A DNA stretch of 28,917 bases. Origin: a virus (Duplodnaviria > Caudoviricetes). The position numbers and the translations under genes are program-made. The stretch is taken from positions 1-28,917 of IMG/VR virus record IMGVR_UViG_3300030329_004704; one strand, given 5' to 3'. The notes under the pieces were generated by a model, which was not told the DNA's origin, ran no database searches, and was given only the letters and a program-made list of their open reading frames with translations. Of this stretch, positions 18,739-26,379 are shown one piece after another; the stretch's first letter is position 1, and every line of letters starts with the position of its first letter.

Positions 18739-18903
18739 TTACTTTGATGGTTTATTAATTCTTAAACTTTTCTTTACTCTCCTAGTTTTAGAAGGTTTGT
18801 TCACTTTCAATAAAGGATTCTGATTAGTAATACCTTGACCAGAAAGAGCTTGCACTGGTTCAGGTTCTACCTTAGACGGACTACCCGTTGGTATCATACA
18901 CAT
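18739..18903 (-). CDS. Small virion protein, T7 gp6.7-like (alternative start 18906)
   Basis: Absent from the track. Manual translation gives MCMIPTGSPSKVEPEPVQALSGQGITNQNPLLKVNKPSKTRRVKKSLRINKPSK (54 aa). The Met-Cys start, Pro-rich N-terminus and basic SLRI tail fit gp6.7, and it follows the gp6.5-like gene. Confidence 0.75.
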   Translation of the reverse strand: MCMIPTGSPSKVEPEPVQALSGQGITNQNPLLKVNKPSKTRRVKKSLRINKPSK

Positions 18904-19072
18904 CATCTAAACTTTCTTGATAAGTTGCTTTGATTACATTAATAACTTCTTGTTGTCCTTGGAGAACTCTCAATTGTTCCAAGGTACAATCCTTTTCACT
19001 AGGTATCTGATTGGGGAAAGTAGTCTCCAACCATGATATTAATTCTTCTGAAATATTATAAGCTCCGATCAT
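18881..19072 (-). CDS. Conserved small phage protein, T7 gp6.5-like position
   Basis: 63 aa with the pattern ISEELISWLE..FP...P.........QGQQEVINVIK, typical of the first gene of the virion module in T7-like phages. Confidence 0.7.
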   Translation of the reverse strand: MIGAYNISEELISWLETTFPNQIPSEKDCTLEQLRVLQGQQEVINVIKATYQESLDDVYDTNG

Positions 19073-19141
19073 ACGGTTTCTTCTAAATGAGTGATTTTAT
19101 ATATCTTTTTTCTCTTTAAAAATATTTAAGTATTGATATCA

Positions 19142-21076
19142 TTAGACAATTTCACATGATCCCCCTGAACAGGATAATTCCTGTGAGGCAACAGTATAAT
19201 CATCTTTCTCATATTCAGGTAATTTAGACCAATCAATTTCAGGCATTTTCTTTAACAAAGATTTATATTCTTTTTCAGTACAATCCTGATACGGAGCCTG
19301 TTTATATACATGATCTGAATATGGTAAGAATGAGACTCCAGAGATTCCATCAAAATGTTCAAAGACAAATGAACCCACTGGTAACCATTCATCTTCCTTC
19401 ACTGAAATTGTCTGACTTACTTTGTGTTCCGTATAAGCTTCAGAATAAACACTATGAATTACCAATTGATCAATTGCTGAGAGATCATTCCTACATACAG
19501 CATTCTCAGGAGACTTAACAGGGAAAGAAAATACCACTCCTGTCTCAGGTTTAACTGCATCGTCTTCGTATGGTACTCCCTGATCAATCATCAGTTTTGA
19601 AATTGGATCTTTCTTGTCTCCCCTGACTGTCCGAATATAATAAGGACTATGCCTTGTATGGATTCCAGAAGCAGAATCAACTAACTGACTAACAGTTCCT
19701 GAAGGTTTAATTGCAGTGATTGCAGCCGAAGGATTAATATCCAATTCCTTTGCTGTATCTTTATTTTGCTTTACTGCACTTGCTTTCAATATTTCCAATT
19801 GCTCTGAAACATTATCAATATCTGATGGCGTTTCTAAATCATGGCAATTAGTTAAGTGATTATCCATAATTCCTGTAAGAGAAACTCCAAGCAATCTTTC
19901 ATCTTCACAGTTTGTTTTCCATTTCGTTGAAATATACCTGAAATTAGTAAGGGTACTCTGCCAAGTTCCTAAGATGGAAGCTAACTTAACCTTTCGTTCT
20001 ATGTCTTTCCAATTATCTTCTGCCCTAATCACTGCTTCTGTTAAATTACAGAATGAATTGGGTCTTAGGATAATCTCACTACATGGATTTGTACCAAAAT
20101 CAGATAATAGTTTTCTTCTTTTTCCTAACTTCTCTGTATGTTTCTTTGCATTAAATGAAGAGAAGATTCCACGTTCACCAGATTTAGACATGTAAAGACT
20201 TCTCCACTCTTTTAAAAATGTTCCAAGATCTGGTTTTGCATGATAGTTTGCTGAGTTATTTGCTAAGTATCTTTGAGCATTCTCATATCCAAACTCTCCA
20301 CTCTTACAATTCCTGAGTTCATCATCTCCAAGATCTGAAAGAGAAAGAAGAGCACTCCGTCTTACTCCTCCTACTACAATACACTCAGCAACTTTACAAA
20401 CTATATCATGACATTCAAGTGACCTGAGTTTCCTTCCTGTAGCTCCTTTAAACTTATCTACCGTAAACTGAAACAATGCTTCCAGTGGTTCAGGTCCACT
20501 TGCTCTTCCTCCAAAGGTTTTTAAAACTGCTCCTGAAGGACGGACTTTGGACGTGTCCCAACTAGGAATTAAACCAGTACAGAGTAATGAAATCAATTCT
20601 CTATAGGCTTTAGCCCAACCAAGTTTGGAATCCCTTACCACAATCACCGTGTCAGTAGGGTACAGTTCATCAGGGATTTGCGGAAGTTTATCTGTATACT
20701 TAGACTCCACACTAAAGCCAACTCCTGTTCCGTTCATAAGGACATATAGAATCTCATCAAAGGACTTCATTGTGTCTACTGGAGTATAAGCACAATTATA
20801 TCCTGCGATATTCTCTTTCTGCAAAGCTGGTCCTGCAGTCATAAGACAACGCATTGATGGCATAATCTCTAGACTCAGAACAGCATCTTCTAATTCCCTC
20901 CTAAGTTTCTCAGGTATTGTGTACGAACAGTTATCTTTTAAATGTTCTTCAAAGAAATCAAAATATCTTCCTACTGTTTCGTTCCATGTTTCTCTTCTTC
21001 CTTCATCTGGTAACCATCTTGAATATCTACTTAAATGAATGAACTCTTGGTACTGCGTTGGTAATTTATTTTTCAT
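19142..21076 (-). CDS. nrdJ: Class II adenosylcobalamin-dependent ribonucleotide reductase (monomeric RTPR type)
   Basis: Motifs SRYSRW....RRETW.ETV.RY, MPSMRCLMTAG, YNCAY, GTGVGFSVE, VVGGVRRSALLSLS, thiyl-radical motif GTNPCSEIILRP..FCNLTE, TAIKPSGTVSQL and C-terminal redox pair CSGGSCEIV. There is no beta-subunit gene nearby. The start at 21076 follows a GAGAGGA SD. Confidence 0.93.
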   Translation of the reverse strand: MKNKLPTQYQEFIHLSRYSRWLPDEGRRETWNETVGRYFDFFEEHLKDNCSYTIPEKLRRELEDAVLSLEIMPSMRCLMTAGPALQKENIAGYNCAYTPVDTMKSFDEILYVLMNGTGVGFSVESKYTDKLPQIPDELYPTDTVIVVRDSKLGWAKAYRELISLLCTGLIPSWDTSKVRPSGAVLKTFGGRASGPEPLEALFQFTVDKFKGATGRKLRSLECHDIVCKVAECIVVGGVRRSALLSLSDLGDDELRNCKSGEFGYENAQRYLANNSANYHAKPDLGTFLKEWRSLYMSKSGERGIFSSFNAKKHTEKLGKRRKLLSDFGTNPCSEIILRPNSFCNLTEAVIRAEDNWKDIERKVKLASILGTWQSTLTNFRYISTKWKTNCEDERLLGVSLTGIMDNHLTNCHDLETPSDIDNVSEQLEILKASAVKQNKDTAKELDINPSAAITAIKPSGTVSQLVDSASGIHTRHSPYYIRTVRGDKKDPISKLMIDQGVPYEDDAVKPETGVVFSFPVKSPENAVCRNDLSAIDQLVIHSVYSEAYTEHKVSQTISVKEDEWLPVGSFVFEHFDGISGVSFLPYSDHVYKQAPYQDCTEKEYKSLLKKMPEIDWSKLPEYEKDDYTVASQELSCSGGSCEIV

Positions 21077-21365
21077 GTTTGATCCTCTCTCTTTCAATTA
21101 ATTTTTCTAAATAAGTTCTAGCCTTTAACAAATCATTAACTCCTCCCTTGTGTGGATACCTTGAAACATACTTGATAATGTTCCCCTCTAAAAAATCTAA
21201 TTCATTTGCAATAATGTACTGAAGTGGCTGAATACCAAACCCCACTTTGTCATAGTGTTTTGGATTGGTTACTTCTGCATTCTCATAAATCTTTTTCATG
21301 TTCTCCTGATCATTAATGTAGTTACTCCAATCTTTCCGATGCTGTTCAAAATTATAATTTGTCAT
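21066..21365 (-). CDS. DUF3310-family protein (related to T7 gp1.7 nucleotide kinase C-terminal domain)
   Basis: Motif VTNPKHY......I....LDFLEGNIIKYVSRY..KGG..DL.KA..YL..LI. Confidence 0.85.
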   Translation of the reverse strand: MTNYNFEQHRKDWSNYINDQENMKKIYENAEVTNPKHYDKVGFGIQPLQYIIANELDFLEGNIIKYVSRYPHKGGVNDLLKARTYLEKLIERERIKHEK

Positions 21366-22105
21366 TTCCAGAGTTCTATTTTTCCTGTTTTAAGATTGTA
21401 CTCATGGCTCCGAAGTATTCTTGCCATACGAGCATTTAAGGTTGCATCTTTTTTAGTTAGTCCTGCGTTTTTAAATTCATCTACAACTGTCTTCCAAAGA
21501 TCTTTTTCTTCTTCCTTTGCAGTTGAAAGAATTTTATCTGCAGTTACTCTTCCTATCTTGGGACAACCTTTATAGTTGTCAGTAGAATCTCCAACTAATG
21601 TCTGAAGAAAAAAATTATAATCAGCATCCTCTTCAGAAATTCTAAAGATTCTTTTCTCTACTAGATCCCAATGTATTCCTGGAACTGTAAGTAAATCTTT
21701 ATCTTCTGATACCACAACATATTCATTTTCATTTTCAGTTGTGGCAATAATGCCAATCACATCATCAGCTTCAAGACCTTCAAATACTTTATAGGGATAT
21801 GAATCCTTACAATATTGAAGAGCTTGTTTAAAACATAATGGCTTTCTACCTCCTCTTCTATTTGCTTTGTATTCTGGATTAATTTTTTTGCGATAATTTT
21901 CTTTGTCTGAAAAACAAAGGATTGTTCTATCTGCACCCATCTCCTCTACAATACTGTCTACTTGAGTATCAAATATATCTTTCACTACATTCAGATCTGA
22001 CCAAAGAACCCATTGATCATCTCCCCAATCAACTTCCTCTTCAGCAAGTCTGCAAGCTTTGTAAAGTAAAATGTCTGCATCAATTACTGCGACTCTAGAA
22101 ACCAT
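21362..22105 (-). CDS. 5'-3' exonuclease, T7 gp6-like
   Basis: Motifs IDADILLY, NYRK.I.PEYKANR, LEADDVIGI, SEDKDL..VPG and QTLVGDSTDNYKGCPKIG. GGGGAG SD is present. Confidence 0.95.
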   Translation of the reverse strand: MVSRVAVIDADILLYKACRLAEEEVDWGDDQWVLWSDLNVVKDIFDTQVDSIVEEMGADRTILCFSDKENYRKKINPEYKANRRGGRKPLCFKQALQYCKDSYPYKVFEGLEADDVIGIIATTENENEYVVVSEDKDLLTVPGIHWDLVEKRIFRISEEDADYNFFLQTLVGDSTDNYKGCPKIGRVTADKILSTAKEEEKDLWKTVVDEFKNAGLTKKDATLNARMARILRSHEYNLKTGKIELWK

Positions 22106-22184
22106 GTGGTTCTCCCCAATGTGCTATAGTTACTGCTACCCAAACGAGATAAATTAAATGTTTCCATAATAAATATTCGATCAT
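22095..22184 (-). CDS. Putative 29-aa hydrophobic micro-protein
   Basis: Translation MIEYLLWKHLIYLVWVAVTIAHWGEPHGF. Its ATG overlaps the endonuclease stop (ATGA), and it spans the whole gap to overlap the exonuclease start. Confidence 0.45.
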   Translation of the reverse strand: MIEYLLWKHLIYLVWVAVTIAHWGEPHGF

Positions 22185-22582
22185 AATAATTTTGGTGGAT
22201 TAGAGTATGTTTCAGGATCATTCAGGTCATACGAAAACTGTATGTAATCTTTAAATCCAATGTATGAAATTGTTGAAATCGACATAAATGGAATTGCAAA
22301 AACTTTTGGAAACCTGACTGCAAATAAGTAATCAAAATCCTGTTCATCATATTTAAAAGCGGAACGTCTACCATTCTTAGAACACCCTCTTTTTAAATGC
22401 ACACCTTTGTGCTTCACAGTAGTTTTAACTTGAATGGTTGCCCATTCATCTCCATTCCTAATTGCAAAGTCTACAGTCTTACTAGGATTATCAGGAACAT
22501 AGATGTCATATTTCCACATGTGCAATAAATAACGTACAAGTGCTTCCCCTGATAGTCCAATAGAAGAATTATATTTACTCAT
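22181..22582 (-). CDS. Free-standing PD-(D/E)XK endonuclease (homing endonuclease-like, I-Ssp6803I/PDDEXK_5 type)
   Basis: From the ATG 1 nt after the polymerase stop: G.SGEALV...L......IY.P......VDF.........IQVKT....KY....FDYLFAV. The E..D..QVK catalytic arrangement is present (133 aa). Confidence 0.75.
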   Translation of the reverse strand: MSKYNSSIGLSGEALVRYLLHMWKYDIYVPDNPSKTVDFAIRNGDEWATIQVKTTVKHKGVHLKRGCSKNGRRSAFKYDEQDFDYLFAVRFPKVFAIPFMSISTISYIGFKDYIQFSYDLNDPETYSNPPKLL

Positions 22583-22583
22583 G

Positions 22584-24329
22584 TTAATGGGTTTCGGACC
22601 AATTCTGTCCAATGGAAAATTCTCCAGTGAGGGGAAGTCTAAGCCCGAATTCCTCCCCTGTGTTTTTAATTGCCTGAACGCATAACTCTCCGATCTGTTC
22701 TGCATATTCTTCTTTAACTGATAGTTGAACTTCATCGTGAACGAATGCTACTTGGTGAAAATCTTGTCCACGTTTAAAGCCTTCTTTTTCAAGGAGTGAA
22801 TGTATCTCCACTACCCATCGTTTACAGATGATAGCTCCTGCGGATTGAAGCAACGTATTCAATGCTGCATGTTGTGATCTAACAGGAACTTTCCTACCAT
22901 CCAACCCTTTGAGATATCCTTTCTCCTTTGCTTTAGTTTGTACTGTTGTTCTAAGATTATTTAATGCAGGAATTTCTCGAAGGAATTTTTTCTTTAAATT
23001 ATTCCCTTCTTTTTTCCCTTTCCCCACGATTTCACCGATCTTTTGATCTCCTGCACCGTACAAAAAACCATATATGAAAGTCTTCGCCTGGTCTCGACTA
23101 GCCAATCCAGCGGCTTCCTGATTAACAGTATGAATATCTTCCTCAAGGAGTCTCTTACCATAAGCACCATCATCATACTTAGCCATATAATGAGATAAGC
23201 ACCGAAGCTCAAGACCAGAGACATCAATGCCAAGTAGTTTCTTTCCCCTATCCGCTTCAAATAATTCCCGACACTCTCTCCCAAAGGGTGCGTTGAAATT
23301 CGGAACTTGAGCAATGTTAGGTGTCGAATGAGAACATCTTGAAGTTTGCGCTCCCATCGTGTTGACTTTTCCATGTAACCTCCCTGCTTTAACTAGTTTT
23401 AACCATGCTTGGTCACCTTCTGCAAGTTGACCAATGCGTTTGTTTAGCATTAGATACTCGCTCATCAATTGAGCTTCTGGATAATCTAACTTTTTGAGAA
23501 CAGTCTCATCAACTTTAGCTTCTCCAGATGGGGTGAACTCTTTGGGTTGCCATCCTCTGAGTTCCCTAAGTCGTTTAGCAATATGTTGTCTCGAAGCAGG
23601 GTTGAACTCAACAATCTTAATCTTGTTGTAAAGACCTTCCCTTCTTTCTCCCTCATCAATGATCCATGACCCGAAAACTTCTTTAAGTTTCTTGGATAGA
23701 CTCTCCCTTTTCTCTGAGAGTTTGAGGTATAAGTTAATTCCTTTTTGTTCATTAAATTTGAATCCATACTTCTCCTGTTGATTACAAATTTCGGAAATCC
23801 TATGTTCCAATTTTATAGATTTTTCACTTGGTAATTTTCCTGCAAAATTTTTCCATAAAATATCCGTTAGGTGAACGTCATTGATACAGTAGTCAATCAT
23901 CTCTTGGGAAAGTTCCTGAAAGTCTTCAAGAGTGTTCCCAAAATCTCCTTTGTAATGATTGAGTCTGTACCCCCATGCTTCCAGAGAATGTGATCCCCAA
24001 AACTTAGGATCTATTCTTTGGATAGCTTTATCTTCTTCTCGAAGATCAGCGTGTAAAAGTCTGGAAATAATTAGTGTGTCTGTTACCTGATCCACTGGAA
24101 GTTCAAAATCATATAGTCTTCTAAGGACTTCCAGATCAAATCCTAAAATGTTATGTCCAATAACATGATTATCTTTTAAAGTTTTCAGGATGGATTTTAT
24201 CTCACTTTCTTTAGTAGCTACTTGAAGGACATCACAATGTGGTCCGACTAGTTCCTTGATTACTACACAGTGAATTTTTGTGAGAGTGTCCAGTAACCCA
24301 TCTGTTTCAATGTCGAGTATAATATTCAA
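22584..24329 (-). CDS. Family A DNA polymerase, T7 gp5-like
   Basis: Exonuclease motifs DIETDG, GHNILGFD and YCINDV, plus HSLEAWGYRL. Motif A is DVSGLELRCLSHY, motif B is RDQAKTFIYGFLYGAG and motif C is FVHDEVQ. It ends G.NW.ETH. Confidence 0.97.
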   Translation of the reverse strand: MNIILDIETDGLLDTLTKIHCVVIKELVGPHCDVLQVATKESEIKSILKTLKDNHVIGHNILGFDLEVLRRLYDFELPVDQVTDTLIISRLLHADLREEDKAIQRIDPKFWGSHSLEAWGYRLNHYKGDFGNTLEDFQELSQEMIDYCINDVHLTDILWKNFAGKLPSEKSIKLEHRISEICNQQEKYGFKFNEQKGINLYLKLSEKRESLSKKLKEVFGSWIIDEGERREGLYNKIKIVEFNPASRQHIAKRLRELRGWQPKEFTPSGEAKVDETVLKKLDYPEAQLMSEYLMLNKRIGQLAEGDQAWLKLVKAGRLHGKVNTMGAQTSRCSHSTPNIAQVPNFNAPFGRECRELFEADRGKKLLGIDVSGLELRCLSHYMAKYDDGAYGKRLLEEDIHTVNQEAAGLASRDQAKTFIYGFLYGAGDQKIGEIVGKGKKEGNNLKKKFLREIPALNNLRTTVQTKAKEKGYLKGLDGRKVPVRSQHAALNTLLQSAGAIICKRWVVEIHSLLEKEGFKRGQDFHQVAFVHDEVQLSVKEEYAEQIGELCVQAIKNTGEEFGLRLPLTGEFSIGQNWSETH

Positions 24330-25930
24330 AAGTCCTCCTCTTTTTCATCTTTTTCAAAATCATATTGTTCTTCTCTAGACAGTGCTTCTGACATCCTTCC
24401 TGTCTCCTTGGAATAATGTAGGGTATTTGCTACGCCTGTCTCCCCTGTCCATCTATTCTTCAGGACTCTGACTGTAGTTAGATCAGAATTTTCCTCATCT
24501 TGCTGATTACGCTCACATCCAATTACAATGTCCGAAAGCTGTGCAATACCATGAGATCCCCTGAGTTGATTAAGAGATGTCCTAACTCCTTCCTCATGTC
24601 CTCTATCTCCCTGTGGTCTTCTGAGATGAGAAACTAGAATCAGTGAACATTGAACTTCTTCAACAAGACTTCTGAGTTTTGTCATTACAAAGTCCAACAT
24701 CCTTCTTTCATCTCCACCTTCCAGACCAGAGAGAATGATAGTAATATGGTCTAAAATAATATGACTACAACCTACTCCCTTAACGAGATATCGAATCTTA
24801 TTAAACAAGTGATTGATTTCCATTGATCCCCAATGGTCATAGAGGAATAGATTTCCTGTTCCTAAGACTGCATCAAACCCTTCTTTTAATTCTTCTGGAG
24901 TATAGTCTACATTCTGAAGGTGAATTGGTTTGTTCAGGTACAATCCAATAAATCCAAGTGCAGTTCTCTTTGTGTTCTCCTCAAGTGCCAGATATCCTAC
25001 CTTCTGGTTTTGTAAAATCAGTGAGTAAGCAATCTCTCTGCATAACTGACTCTTACCAATTCCAGATCCTGCAGTGATAGTAACAATCTCCCCCTTCCTG
25101 ATTCCTTGAGTAAGGTTGTTAAGTCCTGTGAAAGGGTATGGAACTGACTCTGCTTTCTGAGATGTACTAACCAGTTCCCATGTATCTGCACCGTCTATTA
25201 TTCCATCTGGTCTGTAACTCTTTGCATTCCAGATTGCAGATATAATCTCTGATCCACGATCCGCTTGGATCATTTCGTTTGGATCTTTAAGTGGAAGTAC
25301 AGCTACCTTAACCTTGCCTGGAGAAAACAACTGAACACATTCATCTACTGCAACTTGTCCTGCATCATCCTGATCGAACATTAGAATCACAGACTCAAAG
25401 TTTTCAAGGTATTCTAAATCGTTCTGAATTGCTCTCCTTGCTCCTGCAGATCCATTAGGAATACTCACTACAGGCCACTTATTTCCTTGTGCCTGTGATA
25501 CTGAGAGTGCATCTATTTCACCTTCGCAGATGGTGATCATCTTTCCTTTGTCCCAAAGATGTTTACCGTACAATCCTGCTTCTTTGGTATCTCCAAGAAA
25601 TAAGAAGTCCTTGTTTGGAAACCTGAGTTTCTGTGCTACTGTCTTTCCATTCTTTTTGTAATTTGCTATCTGGACTTTCTTACCTTTGAATTCTCCAACT
25701 TGGTAAGACCACTTGTCCACTGTGTCTTTGGTGATCCCTCTCTTCTTTAAAGCTTCTGTTTTTCCTTTAATTAATTTCATATCTGTTTCCTCTTCTTCAA
25801 TATTGTCCTTTCCTCTCCGATATCCACAGTCAGGTGTGAAACACCAAGCATGTCCATCATCATAGACAGCTAGATTATCTGTGCTACCACACCTTGGACA
25901 TGGCTCATGACCGATACACCGACTTTCCAT
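24326..25930 (-). CDS. DNA primase/helicase, T7 gp4-like
   Basis: Zn finger CPRCGSTD...CFTPDC, TOPRIM motifs ICEGEIDALS and MFDQDDAG, Walker A AGSGIGKS, ILDHIT, LVSHLRR, LRGSHGIAQLSD, VLKNRWTGETG and acidic C-terminus EEDF. Confidence 0.97.
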   Translation of the reverse strand: MESRCIGHEPCPRCGSTDNLAVYDDGHAWCFTPDCGYRRGKDNIEEEETDMKLIKGKTEALKKRGITKDTVDKWSYQVGEFKGKKVQIANYKKNGKTVAQKLRFPNKDFLFLGDTKEAGLYGKHLWDKGKMITICEGEIDALSVSQAQGNKWPVVSIPNGSAGARRAIQNDLEYLENFESVILMFDQDDAGQVAVDECVQLFSPGKVKVAVLPLKDPNEMIQADRGSEIISAIWNAKSYRPDGIIDGADTWELVSTSQKAESVPYPFTGLNNLTQGIRKGEIVTITAGSGIGKSQLCREIAYSLILQNQKVGYLALEENTKRTALGFIGLYLNKPIHLQNVDYTPEELKEGFDAVLGTGNLFLYDHWGSMEINHLFNKIRYLVKGVGCSHIILDHITIILSGLEGGDERRMLDFVMTKLRSLVEEVQCSLILVSHLRRPQGDRGHEEGVRTSLNQLRGSHGIAQLSDIVIGCERNQQDEENSDLTTVRVLKNRWTGETGVANTLHYSKETGRMSEALSREEQYDFEKDEKEEDF

Positions 25931-26024
25931 AAATCCTCTTATTCAGTTTTCTTGAGTATTTCTTTTTACTCTGATGTATTTGTGTTCCCCTGTTCAAAAT
26001 ACCCTTTGTTCTATGGTTTTTCAT
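25905..26024 (-). CDS. Putative 39-aa highly basic protein
   Basis: Translation MKNHRTKGILNRGTQIHQSKKKYSRKLNKRIYGKSVYRS. It overlaps the end of endonuclease I and the start of primase, filling the gap. Confidence 0.5.
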   Translation of the reverse strand: MKNHRTKGILNRGTQIHQSKKKYSRKLNKRIYGKSVYRS

Positions 26025-26379
26025 TTATCCACTCCTCTGGAATTGTGTTCTCTGCGTATTTAAAATTATATTTTTCACACCATTTCTGGCATGTCAGTTT
26101 ACTTCCTTGAACTCGTGACTTCAGTTTTTGAAAAACAAATCTGATATCAAGTTCGGGATGTTGCTGTTTCAGCATCCGATGTTTACGCTGATGCTCTTTC
26201 CTGAAGTACCCTTTGGCTTCAATCATAATTCCATTGGGAAGCAGAAAGTCTGGTATATAATTATATTCAATGAAGTATTTAATCTTCCTTGGTTCGTATT
26301 TAAACTTGACTTTCTGCCTTAATAATTCCCATGCAATTGATTCTTCTAAACCTGACTTGTAGGTTTCAGAAATCATCAT
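26011..26379 (-). CDS. Endonuclease I / Holliday junction resolvase, T7 gp3-like
   Basis: Motifs YKSGLEESIA, F.YE, YIPDFLLPNGIMIEAKG.F, QHPELDIRFVF and WCEKYNF......IPEEW. The true start is likely an ATG near 26379/26376 overlapping the SSB tail, not 26487. Confidence 0.93.
   Translation of the reverse strand: MMISETYKSGLEESIAWELLRQKVKFKYEPRKIKYFIEYNYIPDFLLPNGIMIEAKGYFRKEHQRKHRMLKQQHPELDIRFVFQKLKSRVQGSKLTCQKWCEKYNFKYAENTIPEEWINEKP

Noticed and set aside
22106-22735. Group I intron hosting the PD-(D/E)XK endonuclease, and the 184-aa N-terminally extended version of that ORF
   Set aside because: The polymerase ends with its normal NWSETH terminus, the exonuclease starts intact, and there is no room for a ribozyme core. 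The extension simply overlaps the polymerase.
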